Source: Lama glama (taxonomy: Eukaryota). Taken from it: a stretch of 64,000 bases of DNA. Shown here one piece after another: positions 1 through 13,802 of this stretch. The notes beneath the pieces were generated by a model. That model ran no database searches and had not been told where the DNA came from. It saw nothing but the letters and a program-made list of their open reading frames with translations. The stretch's first letter is position 1. Each line of letters starts with the position of its first letter. The translations under genes and the position numbers were made by a program. The stretch covers positions 23,190,001-23,254,000 of the forward strand of contig CM052816.1 of the NCBI GenBank assembly GCA_028534125.1, given 5' to 3'.

Positions 1-129
1 CCTCATTTAGAAGTCTCTAATGCCATAGGATCTGCCATGATATATGGCCCAAGTAGCAGCAGTGCTGGGAATGCAGCCCAAACTGCTGAAGAGCCACATT
101 CAAACTGACAACCTTCCACGCTACCCAAT

Positions 130-2160
130 GAATGAGTTCACGTCATTGGCCCTAATTTATTTATCTCGCTTTTGTCAGATTGGTAGGTTAAATGGGGGTG
201 TAATGGTTACTTGGATTCTTTTACGTTTTTGAGGGCAGCACTAATCTCTGCAATGCCTCATAGGACGAGATATTCCTTCTGACTTATTACCTTGGCCAGC
301 AAGTTCAAGAGCTTCCACTTGGCCTTTCCTCTACTTCTGGCTCTTACTCCACAGGCCAGGGAACCAGAGTGAGTGTCCTGCCAGCCACCAAGTACATCCA
401 TGCCAATTATGTACTCAGAGACCAGGGCAATGACATATTGGTCCCACTGTGAGACAAACTCTGAGCCAAGACACTGTTTATCACCAGCCTCTGCACTTTC
501 ACAGGGGAGCCATGGTGGTCTTCTCTTTCCTGCGTTAGAGTTATATCAGACCCTGTATCGAACTGCCCCTGGAAGTTCTGAGTATCATTCTTTCCCCAGT
601 GAATGCATGTTGCCTGGGGAAATGGTCCTATGTCCCTAATAAAGGGGACTGGAGGAATCACACTGTAACACTGCATGGGCATTTCAGCATCTTCCCTCAA
701 GGAAACCCAGTCTTTTCTTAAATCAATGAGAACAGGTTCACATCTGGAAACTGGGAAGAGATCATGACTTTACTATGGCTGAAGTTCTGTTTCTGCATTC
801 TGGCGCATTCTTGATTACAGATATTAAGCAATACTGTTGTTGGCTGTCCCTCTGTCTTGACCCTAGGACCACCGTGTTCTCTAAGCCATTACCATTGGTT
901 GAGCTCAATGGGTCAGGGTTCTCTGGTCACCTCTGACAGTGTTGCCCATCACTGGAATTACACCGATCTTGACTCTGATAATTAAGTGCTGCCAGCTGCA
1001 TTTGCTAGTCTGGAATCCTGTCATTTCCAGGAACCCAGATCCATAAGAGTATATCCTACTCTTGACCTTGCATGAAGAAGACAGACACCACTCAGCTTCT
1101 CGACGATGCTGGTTCTGCTTCACTAGCAGATTCCTGCGGGTGGAGTGGATCGAAGTTTCCTCTGAGACCTTCAGGGGAACATAGTCAACTATTTCCTGGT
1201 GTTGTACAATAAATCCATTTTGACATGGCTAATTTTCTCAGCCTTTCCTCAATAGTCATTCATGCAGCTCCGGCTTTTCTAGCTATCATTTTTTCCAACT
1301 TCAAGCACTGTATCAGCAGCTTTTTAGGACTAACTGCAGGTGTACTGGCTAGAACACTGCCCCCTAATCACAAGATACCCTCATTCAGCACCCAGTATGC
1401 TATTTCGGTCTCTGCCAATACATGTTAGCCAAGGGCGTGGGTTGTTTTTGATGAATAATCTATTTCCTCCCAAAGTAGGGCTAATAGGTCCCTGGTCGGG
1501 CCATGTTGAGACTGAATCTAGTTGATGATTTAGAGGCAATGCAGGAAGTTAGGGCAGAATTTGAGGAGAGCCAGAATCATCCTGCAAGGCATGTACTTCA
1601 CATAAGATCTTTAAATGGTCTCCAAGCAAGAAGAGGGTGCTGTCTTATAGCCACTCTTTGGAGGAGGAAGACGCTTCTGCTGGCTTAGAAGGTTCAGGGT
1701 AAATGTGGGCGTCTTGGTCCCAAGGACAGCCTGCTGAGTGCCCTCATCCCATATGTCAGGGTCTCCCTCCCTCTTTATCAGGGCTCTGACTTAACACAGA
1801 AGACTTCCGAGGGCTGTTAATTCAACAATCTTTGTAAGTCTGCTCGTCTGAAAACCAAGTCCTGGGGCTGAGCTTTGACACAGTCTGCTCTCTGACTGCA
1901 GGGGATGGAAGAGCCTTCAGACGATGCCAGCGTGGAGGCCTTTTGGCTTTCACACGTGGACCTGAGTTGAGAGCTAACTCATGCGACACTGTCATTTTCT
2001 TCCCTTGGTATATAAATGGCACGGAGCAGCCCCTCATCGGTTTCACAGCCCTTATCATTATCAGCGCCTCATCTTGCCCAAGGACATTGCCCCCACTAGC
2101 AGTTAGATACTTATTGGCATTAACAGCTCCAGTAGGCTTCCTTATGTGCTTCTGAATTTA
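130..2160 (-). mobile_element. Degenerate ERV-L/MaLR-class internal region (gag-protease-start of RT remnant)
   Basis: The minus-strand ORF 407-700 reads ...HWGKNDTQNFQGQFDTGSDITL...HHGSPVKV...VINSVLAQ, matching the ERV-L protease region (HWGKG..QTF.GLLDTGSELTL). Downstream are a KWK.LEL-like motif (~310-325) and a GIAEISAALK..PFNLPI-like RT start (~180-260). There are many stops and frameshifts. Confidence 0.75.
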
Positions 2161-4359
2161 CTCCCTTCCTGAAAATAAGCTGCCAGATCCCAGTGATTCC
2201 TCTTCCCCAACCCCCATTGAGAGAGCCTAATATGATATGATTACTACACGGCAGAAAGCAGATGGGATTGCCATATACCTACAGGCAAGAGAGGCGCCTG
2301 CGGAACAAGGCACCGCTAAGAGTGCATCTTTCTGCCAGCATCCAGCTGAGGGGGGAGGGGGACGGGGGAAGTGAGGGTGGGGGAATAGAGAAAGCAAGAA
2401 TGAGAGAGGGAGAGGTAGGGGGTCGGGGGGCAGAGAAACAGACCCGACCTGAATGAGCTTCTGAACTTTCCGGTCAGATAAATCGTCTTCCTCCTCTGAG
2501 GAGCAAGAGAGGGGCAGACAGAGGCCTCCTCTGGTGAAAAGGCCCCAAAAGTAAGCCTGAGGAGTGGGGGAGAAGTGCTCCCTGCTGGATAAGGATAAAC
2601 TAGTTTTTCCTTAAAGAAGTATCTTCAAAAAGTCATTTGTTTTAAAAATCAATTCTAATAAACAAACCGTAATAGAATAGCTCACTAGCTAACAATGCAT
2701 TTGAATGATTAATGTGGTTGTTTTTCTGTGCTAATAAGCTGGACTCGCCCAGTGAGCCCAGCGCGCCCTGGGGGTGAATGAAGCCCTGTGAACACACACA
2801 GGTGCTTCCAAGGCCGCTAGGATGGGAACCAGGAAGGTCTCCTTGCTGTCTTGCAGAAGCACTCGGAGGGGCGGGCATCTTTAAGAAACAGTTTCAACCC
2901 GATAGGAAACAAAGACGACGCTACTGAGTCACAGTAATGCTCCTAGCATACATCATGCAGGACGGAATTTTTTCTACCTGCTGAGCTCATTCTCCCTTTC
3001 TGTAGGCTTTGGTGGTTTGGCCAGACAGCTGATTCTCTAAGACACATCTGGCTATGTCATTAACAGTTTTTCCTGAATGTTTTGGCGATTGCCAAAGCGG
3101 TCTGCTGGTTAAAGAAAAAATCAGAGTGCCATCTTGGGAAATATGACTCTTGGAGACTGTTGTTTACAATCCAACTCAGATTTGAAGACAAAACTATTTC
3201 TTAGCATCTCTTAAAAGCCTTTAAAAGAAAATGCAGTAAAGAGTTTATCACTTTACTTAAGTTTGGTCACTGCAAAGTCCGTAACGTGTATGGATAGCAC
3301 TGTCTTACTTATTTTCTTCCTAATTTATAAAAACACTGATTAGAGGTGTCAAAATATTCTTAAATGGGAAAGTTCTTCCAACAGATTTTCATCTTTGGAG
3401 AAATATAAAGCATCCACCAAGAGCCTCTCCTCTCAAATTCTTAACAGAAAAAAGGATATATGTGGAAACCCTAGACATTTCTTTCATTTTCCCTTTTCTT
3501 CATTTTATCCTTTTGCTGATGCTGGATTTTTTCGGTGTTCAAGTTGGCAGGAAAGTACGTCCAGTGTGCGACTCAAATCCAGGTAGCAGATAAAAAGGTT
3601 GAAACACTACTTTTATTCTCACTCTAAATATATAACCTTCTTATTGGTGATGATTTTATTTTCAAAGTATTTAATAAACAGCCACACACTGATCTTTCAC
3701 AAACTCAAAAGCTAACACTTTTTAACACCACCTATATGCCAAACACTCTTCTCAAAGCTGTCCTTATATGACTCATTTCACCGTCTCAACAACTCCTTGA
3801 AATGGGTTCTATTTTATCTTTATTTTACAGTCTAAGACTCACGCACAGAGAGGTCACATAATTGCCCAAGTAAGGCGTGGGGCTGGGAGGGGCATCAGAC
3901 ATTCTTGCATCGAGTGAGTACTCTTTCCCCAGTGAATTTACACTACCTCTGTGCGTACTTTTCTTACTCACATCTGAGGAAGCTAGTTGAACACCAGTGG
4001 AGTAAGTGTTCCTTTTCTAGCCCTCATTTCCATTCTGTTCTTTAGCATCTGCTTGAAGGTCTGATGGTCAGTTTGATGTCAAAAGCCTTGCAGTGTTTCC
4101 TCTGATTTTTCAAGGTGACAAAAGTGATGCTAGGGTTTTAATGGATGCAGTTGTAGCTTAGAGACCTGTCTCTGATGAACTATTTAGGGAAACAAACCAA
4201 CAACACAAAACAAAAAGAAAAAAGAAACACTTTGGTTTAGCTGAACTAATAACACTTCTAAATTCATTTTATTCGTTAAAAAATGCAGGGCATGTTCATA
4301 AACCACGTAAGTGTAAAAAGGGAAAATATGTAACATGAAATCGAGAGAAAGCAAATTGC

Positions 4360-4900
4360 CCCCAAACCAGCCATCACATCGATTTCTATACCATTGCTAC
4401 CACTCGAGGTCAAGCCACTAGCACGACTCACCTGACCCATTTCAATCATGTCCTCACTGGTGTTCTTGCTTTTATCCCTGCTCTCGCTCTAACAATGTCA
4501 GTCCTAATCTTAATGGCTTCCCATTGCAGTCTGAGAACCTCAAATCTCTTCAAAACCCTTCAAGTTCAGGCTACTTCTCTAGTCTCATTCTCTTCCTATT
4601 AAAAAATTGTCAAACTTACTGGACTTCTTGAAACTTTAACATATGCACTGTTTCTATATTCCAGAAGACATATGCACCTGCTGTTTCCCTTTCCTCAGTA
4701 AGACTGACTTCTATAATTGTTTTAAATATTACTTCCTCAGAGAGTCTTTCCCTAACTTCTACTCTCAATTAAATATTTTTGTTGTATTCTCTATCACTCC
4801 CCCTACTTTTCTTTGAAATTACTGCAGTTCGACACACACTTACCTGTGTCATTGTTTAAGACTTTTTTTTTTACTGTACTAACCAACTGAATACTCGGTG
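4360..4900 (+). mobile_element. L2 LINE fragment
   Basis: Pyrimidine-rich degenerate L2-like 3' sequence (ccattgctaccact...cctcactggtgttcttgc...ttacttcctcagagagtctttccctaac). Recognised by eye. Confidence 0.5.
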
Positions 4901-4932
4901 CACAAATCACAATAGCTGTCACGTAGCACCTA

Positions 4933-4947
4933 CCACTAGGTGGCGCC
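4933..4947 (+). promoter_or_regulatory. CTCF-like motif
   Basis: CCACTAGGTGGCGCC is a near-perfect match to the CTCF core CCASYAGRKGGCRS. Confidence 0.6.
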
Positions 4948-6679
4948 AAAACACAGCAGGGACCAGGGCGGATACGGTTTGTGAGACAGACCTTTGGACC
5001 CCAGGCTCATACGTGGTTAATTTCATTAACCTGGTAACATCGCCAACCTGTATTGGAATTTTTGGATCACTCCCCTCCCCAAATACATGAGAGTGAGGTT
5101 TTATGGTATTGTGTCCTGTTCTGATTCGACAGTCTACAAGAAGGTCGATGAGAGAATTAGAACAAAGCTTGTCTTGGTTCTGAAGACCACAACTCAAGTC
5201 TTAGAGATACAGAACTTACATCAAAGTAAATGACTATCCTAATAATTAGAGCTACACTGAAACCTACTTTGGATGTAATGAGGAGGTTCCCCATCACTTG
5301 AGTTGTTCAGTAAGAGACCAGATACCCAGTTGCCCTTTCACTGTGAAAGAGATTAAAGCTACCAGAAGGAGGTCCAATCAGACGACTTCAGGGACTTTCC
5401 GTCTTGAGAGTCTGTGCTTCTGAAATCCACTTTAAATGTTTAAAAATATATAAAAGCTCTTAAAGAATAGTAACTTAGAAACAATGGGTATTACTCTTCA
5501 GAGGAATGATAATTCTTTATGGCCATAACTTAGGCAAAAGTGCTTAAATATCGGGATCTGACTAACCCGAATTAAAACCAAAGTTCTGCCACTTTCTAGC
5601 TATGTGACCCTCGACAAGCTATTTTTACCTCAGTTTATTTCTAAATGGGATAATAAGGCAAAATTACTGCGTTATCATTATGTTTCTCTCATGCCAAGAC
5701 CATTAGATAGATTTGGTTTTAAAAAGATAATCCATTCTACTAAAAGGCATAATATGATTAAAAACAAACAGATGGTCTATCACCACCACTAGTATCAATG
5801 AAAAAAGCCCCAAATCCCTCTTTTGCCTATTCCAAAATGTGAAGATTGTTTCTGAGTCATTTTTAAAATGGCAAATAACGTAGGAAGATTGAAGTTAAGG
5901 CGATTTTCTACTCACTAAATCTATTTTTAAAATAGAAATAGTTTGGAAACTATTTTCCCCTGTTCCAGTAGGGGCTGGGCCCAAATGCTCTTTTTCTTTT
6001 GGTTTTCCATCCTCCAGATAATTAGGAAACAAGAGGATTTCATGCAAAAGAACATAGGAAAACATTTTTGCCACACAGGAATGCTCAAGAGGCAAAAAGA
6101 CCTTTACTTTTATTAGCTTCCACAGCTCAGTGGAATTAAAAAGATCACCCGTGGCTCACATGGCAAGAAGTAATATAGAACAGCCGAGAAACAAGTTCCA
6201 AGGGCTTTGACAATAAACCAGCCTAGAGCCAGAAGCTACCTAAGCTTAAACCCTGAAAGTGACTGTGATACTAATCTAAGATTCAGGGTGGTTTATTTGA
6301 TTATTCTGAACAATATCTGTCTATAAAATTAAACTGAGAATAATATGAAATATATTTCATCATTTCTTTTTCGAGAATGAGTCTACAGATATGGCAGGAC
6401 GCTGGACTCAGAGGTCAGAGAGCTGGGTAATCGTCTCCACCTTGCTTCTGCCCTGTGCTATGGCAATGTCCGCGTCTGCCTGTAAGTCATAAAACCTGGC
6501 CCTCATTCTCCTTATCTGTGAAATACAAGGATGAAGCAAACGACCCTCAAGGTCCACTTGGCCCTTCAATTCTCTGATTCCACGTGTTAAAGATGCTTCA
6601 TGTCTTCAGTCCGTAAGTCAATCAGTCATTAGTAAAAAAATTCATCCATTACCAATGTGTTGGGGACGGAGGTAAAATT

Positions 6680-7100
6680 TATTCAACAAGAAATATTTAA
6701 TGAGCTCTGACTGGGTACCAGGCCCTGTTCTTAGCTCTGAGGATAGAGCAGTAGGAAAAAAGACCTAAGTCTCCTCCTTTCTGTGCTTTATATTCTAAAG
6801 AGGAAATGGACATCAAAGAGGCAAATAGGTAAATATAGACTGTGTTCGAGAGTGGTGGGTGCTGTGGAAAGAGCCAGAAGGAATGTCAGGGGTTGAAATT
6901 CTAAGTCTCACTGGGAAGATCACTGTTGATTAAAGAAGGGAAGAAAAAGAGGAAGCAAAACTGTTGACTATCTGGGGAAAGAACTTTTCAGGAAGAGGAA
7001 AGAGAACAGAGCTGTGTCTGGCACATCCAAGTGCCAGCAGAGAGGTCGGGGTGGATGGGACAGAATGCACGAGGGGCCGGGGGACAGGAGGTGAGGTGTA
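6680..7100 (-). mobile_element. L2 LINE 3' fragment
   Basis: Begins attcaacaagaaatatttaatgagc...ccaggccctgttc, the reverse complement of the typical L2 3' end. Confidence 0.6.
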
Positions 7101-8619
7101 TCCATTCAAAGCCTTTTTTTCTTTTAAGAGCTTTTTTTCTCCCCCCTAGTAAATTGATGGAATTCAATATTGTTAACTTGATAGCCCAATGCTGTATCAA
7201 GGCAGCAAAAGTGAGAATTCCTGCAATTTCCTGCATAAGCACTAGGAGTGACAGTACACTTGCCTCCAGTTTCACAAGACATTATCTTTGGGTCATGAAG
7301 ATTTTTAAGCGTGGTAACACCTTTTGAACAGTGAAGATGGGTATTGACTGAGTAGACAATGGAAGTCTAATGACTGAGCTGCACTCTGAGCCCGTCCTGA
7401 TGGGAGTGTGGCTGGCCTGCTGCACAAAGCCCAGGCCTTTTAAACTTGGTCACCGAATGACTAAGAGTACATGGGCTCTCCCACAAGATACGTGAGAATT
7501 TGAGGAAGGGGATATTTTTAAAGGTGAGCAGAGTTAAGAGAGGCAAACAGGAGATGCTGAAAGCCCTGGGGAGGTCTAGGCTTAAAGCAGAATGGGAAAG
7601 AGGGGGGACCAAACACTAGCAGAGGGGGGCTGCCATATACGGGAAGGAGAGGGAGGAGGGGGCGGTCCCCAGTACGGGCTGAGGGCCTGGGACAGAAACC
7701 CAGCCCCCGCCAGCAGAGGACCCGGCAGGGAGAGAGCCAGTGGAATCAATACCTCTGCTTCTTTCTTCTTCCTCTTCTGTCTCCACATTTCTCCCCATTG
7801 TCTAAATCGAACTAGAAGGCAGGGGAAGGGGACCTACTGAGTCACAGGTCAGCTTCCGAAGGCCCAGATCAGGGGCACAAGGGTGGAGGGTGGATTAAAC
7901 GAGCAAAGAATATAGAGCACAGGCGGTCAGAGAGGGAAGGAGGAACTAGATCAGGTAGAGCCCCGTGAATCCCAGTAAGAACGTGAGGACCATTTCCTAA
8001 TGGTGTCAGTCCTGTGGAGAAGCTGCAAAAGCAGCATAAAAGCTCCTCCATCCCTTCCCGGGTAACACTGTCCCCATTTGCTCCAGCACCTCTCTCTCTC
8101 CCTCAGTGTGCATGTGTGTGTGCTTTTATACATATTATGTAAGAACTATATTATCCATTTCTTGCCTTGATGTCCTGTCACCCCTAAATGATCCAATAAT
8201 CCAGCAAGGCTGCTGTCCTAGAGAACTGCCCCAGAACCCCTTTAATGAGGAAGCGAGTGCTGATAAAACACTGCCGTCCACTGTCCAAATCACAGACCCT
8301 ATTCAAAAGTCGTCCACTGCCCCAGCCAGGGCCCTGCCCAGGAGCACAGGCTGCACTGAGCCGTCACGTCCTGCTGGTCTCCTTCAGTCTGGAACAGCTC
8401 CTCAGCCTCTCCTTGCCTGTCACGCCACGATGGTTCAAAAGAACGCAGACCTTTCCGTCCGCAGGGTACCCTCATCCCGGACATTTCCGCACGTGCATCT
8501 CAGGCCATGCATTTTGGGCAGGAACGCCACAGCAGTAACGCTGTACACGCCTTTGTCCCTCATCTCAGGGGACACATGAGGCCACCCTTTTCTGCTACTA
8601 GGGATTTTAATCTTGCTCA

Positions 8620-9460
8620 CCTATCTATTCTGACTGTGTTACCACCATCATCCAAAACAGAGTCAATATCTCCCCAGTTTTATTTGATTACTTGAATTTA
8701 AATTCATAAGGAGATAGTCATGTATTTTGCAATATCCTATCCTTCATCAAACCTCCACCCGTCAGCCTTAGTATCCACTGACATTTTCTTCAGGAAATAG
8801 TAACCCTACGACAGTTGGTTGCCAAAAAGTGGCTATTTTCATCATTCTATGTATGTAAATTGATATTTTATGGTAAGATAAAGGTTTGCCTTCACCTTCA
8901 TTCATTTATTCACATATTTACATCAGTTAAGTTATATACATGCATATATATTTGTATGTTTCTCTACAAAATGAGTTCCTATTTTACTCAGTGTTTTCCC
9001 AAGTTGGGATTTTTATTCTGATGCTCTAATTGTCACTAAGTTGGAGAGTCTCCTCAAGTTGGCTCTTTTGCCTTTTGACATGTCACCATCATTCTTTAAG
9101 CTCTTTTCTTTTTGGAAAAAAAAAATGTTCCAGTCTTGTTTTATAGTTTCTTTGTCCTAGTCTAGGGCTAGTCCAGCCCTGGACTCAGCCATTTTTCTAA
9201 GGAGCCTTAGTTTCTTTTAATGAAGGATGATATTTAGAAACCAAAAGCTGGGTTATTTGTATGCTAATTGCTAAGAAGGTATTATTGTTTCTGGACTCTT
9301 TCAACAGACGGAGCTAGGAAATACAGATTTACATATATATGTACACAAATGCACGCGTGCACACACACACACACATAGCTATTCATGTATCTATCTCTGT
9401 TTATACATATTTCAACAAAGTATGAATTCAGACCAATACTTCTAACTCTTAACCTGACAC
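8620..9460 (-). mobile_element. Old L1 (L1MC/MD-like) 3' region with internal (CA)n
   Basis: Contains ctggactcagccatttttctaaggagccttagtttcttttaatgaaggatgatatttagaaacc, typical of reversed L1MC/MD 3' ends. A (CA)n tract lies at ~9359-9376. Confidence 0.5.
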
Positions 9461-9479
9461 CTGTGGACAGGTCAAACAA

Positions 9480-10900
9480 AGACTGGGCTGGAATTTAGCA
9501 ATGTGGAGTTTTTTGGTGATGTTTCTAATAATATTTCTGATGGTACAATGCAAGCCAAAATCCATTTAGAATATATTTAAGAACGATAAAATCAGAAACA
9601 GGGTATAAGGCAACACTTCAAAGAGGTTTTGCTATAAAGAGAAAGAGAAAGAGAAAAGCATACTACTAATTGGATTTGTCATTAAGCCAGAAGAAATGCT
9701 GTTATTCAAATGGCAGAACAGATGTGAAAGATGCCAAAGAAAAGAACAAAAAGGAGCTTCCATTTCCAGGAACAGGAGAAACAGCGGGGCATCCAGGTAA
9801 AGATGCAGGTCAGCAGGTGGATGCGGGAGCTTGCTGCAACTTTCTTCTGACTGAGGAGAGTAGGAATTAGTCATTCGGTAGAGCGGTTAAGTAAACGGAG
9901 ATGAGGAATATCCTGTGATTTCTAGGCAACTACAAGAGCCCATTTGAGGTCAGTGATCATGTTTTTAACGTGGGACAAGTTAGCATGGTTGTGAATCTTT
10001 CTTTAGCTGCTACCGGCTGCAGAGAGGTGAAATGAACCTGATTAGTGGTAAAACCAAGTGAGAGACTTGAAGGAAGACAGAGGAGGAAGTTGAGGATATT
10101 TGCTGGGAAGGGGACATGATTGGCAATGGATTTTAAGCTAAGAAAGGAAGGATGAATTGGCGATAGGATCAACGATCGGAAAGTCTGGGTGATGTTATGG
10201 GGTTGATGCAGTGGGGTTACTCGGAGTGAGCTGGAGAGATATGAGGTCAGAGGGTAGCATCTTTGAAATTGAAATTATGGAGAGATCGCAGTTATTTATA
10301 GGGACAAAGTCAAGGATACGAGAAAGGGTTTAAGTGGTTGAGATAAGAGAGTGGGGAATTTATCAGGGATTAAGAGGCCAGATACTGGATGAATCACTTA
10401 CGTGGATACGAACATCACCAAGAAGCAGAAGAGGTTTCCAGTGGCAAGAAAATAAAGTCACTGGGGGTGAGGGGCAGTGTGGCAGCAGTGATGGATGACG
10501 GCAACAAAAAGGGTCAGGGAGTTGTTATCTTGACGGCGTGAGACGCAGAACTGGACATTTTTAAGGATAGAGGAAGAATGACCTGAAATCAGCAACTGAT
10601 TCCCTCTACAGGCCAGTGGAATGAGGGCAACAGGGAAGAAAACAGCCATTACACAGAGGGCAGCAGTGTCCTCAACCAAGGTCTAAATATTTTAAGAGCA
10701 AAAAGCAAATGAGGATGCAGGAGATTTTGTTATTAAATTTTGAGTTACAGGAAGCACATGAAATAAAAGATGGGGTCAGAAGAGGCAATACACAGAGCCC
10801 CGTGGAGATCAGAGTGTGGGGGGTGAGGGTGACTTGGCAGGTGGTGGTTACACCCACAGAAATGAGAACGTGATGAGACAAGGCCCAGTGGTCTTAAGAC
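9480..10900 (-). mobile_element. L2 LINE fragment (long)
   Basis: Long purine-rich stretch with reversed L2-like motifs (ggaatttagcaatgtggagttttggtga; gaatcacttacgtggatacgaacatcacc). Confidence 0.5.
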
Positions 10901-13160
10901 AGCTCAGGAGGGAGAGCGTGACTGTTGGGAGAGATGTTTGGGGTTCTCATCAGGCACGTGCAGGATCAGAGACCTCAGCCAACTCCTGATGTTGCAGGTG
11001 TAAAATCCCACAGAGGCACAGTCTCCCTCTGACCTCAAAAGCGCTCTGTCTACCGAGGGGTGGTGTTAACCTACACCTCACAGGCTCGCCTCAATTCCTG
11101 CGGACAGTGGTGAATGGGAGCCATTTAATGATATAAATGCCCTTACTTACAATGCATGTGTGTGAATGCGTGTGATAAAACAGTAGATTTCTTTAGAGAT
11201 GTTTCAAGAAATTTAACTACAAGTGACAGTATCCTCCACCCTCCTGGAGGACAGTCCTCAGTTTAGGTGCCTCTCACAAGATATAGAAAATAATGATGAA
11301 AAGTCTCTCCTGGGAAGCCAGATGAATGTGGCTGGCACCCCTCACCCCACCACTCTCCATCCTCTGTTTATAGAGAATGCTGCCCCTTCTCTGGATCAGT
11401 AAGAACTGAGTTCCCCACGAGCAGAGAGAAGGTTAGCATCCAAGCCTGGAAGCATTGCTTCTGTGTGTGTACAAATGATGGGGCCTTTGTATTGTAATGC
11501 TTCCAAATATGTGTGAAAAAGGGGAGATCTAAGTCCTCCATGCTGAACTATCGAGACACAAGCGCAGGTTCGATATTGAGGCTCTGGATATAAACCTCTT
11601 GTCTGCTTATCTTAATGCTGTTACAAGGGTGACCCGGGAAATATGTACTCTATTATTAGCAGTGACATTTTCTCCCCACCACTCTGATCCTTCTGAAATG
11701 AATGAAACCTGAAGATTCTTTTTGTTGAGCAAGGTGACAGATGAACACGTGAAACTGCTGACCCCAGAGAGGGGTCCACTGTGCTCAGGAGAAAGGGAAG
11801 GAGAAATGCCAAGTTCAGAGAAGAGGAAATAGATGGTGACAGGACCTGAAAGGGAAGACAAAGAAGAGAGACACTGGAAGCTGGTAAGAACGTTGGCAGT
11901 CATCTTAGGAAAAGAAATAGTAGGGGTGGTTAAGTGATTGTTGACAACTTCCCTTCAAACTTTGAGATGCAAGCTACCTCCTCTGTCTTCTTAAACACAT
12001 TTCAATACAAGTTTACTTGAGATTTGTTATTTTTGTCATGTTATTTTTACTAATATTAGGTATGATGGTATGTGAGGCTGGCTTCCAGCCCGGCGCCAGG
12101 GGAAGCAGGCCTGTCCAAGGGAGGCTCAGGTACGAGCTTTTCTCCCTTATTTTAATGACAGCTCCACATTCTCTGGAGGCAAATCACAGGTAACTCACAC
12201 GGTCGGTGAAGCCCACCTGTCCAGTGGATGAACGCTATGGTGTTAGCATCACAATTTCTTGCAATAAGGATTTCAAAATCAAAAAATAAAACATAATAAA
12301 ATGGGAACCAACCTTTTAGGTACAAGCACTTCAGTGCTGTGAGCTGGGGGCTCTCACCTGTCATTAGCGTCTCTTCCTAGTGTCACAACGTTCAGCACTG
12401 AGGTGCGGCGTGTGGCCTCTGGCGCTGGAATGCTCAGTTTGGAAACAGTCTCCATTTCTGAGCAAACCTGGGCTGCTGGGTTTAAATGTCTATGTTCCAA
12501 TTCTTAACCTGTAAAAATTGGGTTAACTATGGTATCTGCGAAAGCAAGCCATAACCTCCTTAGCACAGCGCCTGGCACAAATCCCTTTATAAACGTTAGC
12601 TAGTGTTAAAGTTAGAATAATTCTCATCTTGGAACATTCAATTCTGTGTTTCCCATAAAGGCAAAGTCTAAATTAATTTTGTAACCTATATTTATTTTTT
12701 GAAATCCAAAGATATTTTTAAAGAAATTTCTGGTGAAAGTATATATATTGATGACTAAAGACTTTTTTTTTGGCTCCACGTTTGCTTATTTGTTTGGTTT
12801 GTTTGTCAGAAAGAAAATCAACATCCATTTAAAATCATTCTTTCCTACAGGTGGATTGTTACAGGGTGTCTACACTGGAAAATGTTATTGGCTAATATAA
12901 ATAGTGTTTCCTTTTCCTCTTTTTTTCCCCCAACTATGATTCTAAACTTGTCATGCCTTTTCTCTGTTTTCACTATTAATTCAGTTTTAAAAGTTCACGT
13001 TATAGTGTCAAAATCAAACTTAAAAAAAAATCTAATTGTCCATTTTTTTTCTTTCTTTTTGGCTGGTATCACTCACAAATAATTTATCTATTGCTCCATT
13101 GCTGAAGTAGTCTTTTATTCTTTTAATGATGGTCTCTAAGTAACCTGTTCATAATCTGCC

Positions 13161-13660
13161 NNNNNNNNNNNNNNNNNNNNNNNNNNNNNNNNNNNNNNNN
13201 NNNNNNNNNNNNNNNNNNNNNNNNNNNNNNNNNNNNNNNNNNNNNNNNNNNNNNNNNNNNNNNNNNNNNNNNNNNNNNNNNNNNNNNNNNNNNNNNNNNN
13301 NNNNNNNNNNNNNNNNNNNNNNNNNNNNNNNNNNNNNNNNNNNNNNNNNNNNNNNNNNNNNNNNNNNNNNNNNNNNNNNNNNNNNNNNNNNNNNNNNNNN
13401 NNNNNNNNNNNNNNNNNNNNNNNNNNNNNNNNNNNNNNNNNNNNNNNNNNNNNNNNNNNNNNNNNNNNNNNNNNNNNNNNNNNNNNNNNNNNNNNNNNNN
13501 NNNNNNNNNNNNNNNNNNNNNNNNNNNNNNNNNNNNNNNNNNNNNNNNNNNNNNNNNNNNNNNNNNNNNNNNNNNNNNNNNNNNNNNNNNNNNNNNNNNN
13601 NNNNNNNNNNNNNNNNNNNNNNNNNNNNNNNNNNNNNNNNNNNNNNNNNNNNNNNNNNNN
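13161..13660. other. Assembly gap (500 N)
   Basis: Run of exactly 500 N. Confidence 1.
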
Positions 13661-13802
13661 AATGTTATGATAAATCACAGAGAAAAAAATGTGACAATGA
13701 GTGTGTATATGTCCATGAATGACTGAAAAATTGTGCTGAACACTGGAATTTGACACAACACTGTAAAATGATTATGAATCAATAAAAAATGTAAAAAAAA
13801 AA
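13661..13802 (+). mobile_element. Young L1 3' end with poly(A) tail
   Basis: ...gactgaaaaattgtgctgaacactggaatttgacacaacactgtaaaatgattatgaatcAATAAAaaatgtaaaaaaaaaa is an artiodactyl-type L1 3' terminus abutting the gap. Confidence 0.75.

Noticed and set aside
8106..8579. 157-aa ORF in a GC-rich patch
   Set aside because: It has a non-ATG start, looks low-complexity or repeat-derived, and matches no recognisable protein family.
13136..13756. Long ORFs in the track spanning N runs (also 28889-29526 and 58388-59095)
   Set aside because: These are artefacts of translating through assembly gaps.
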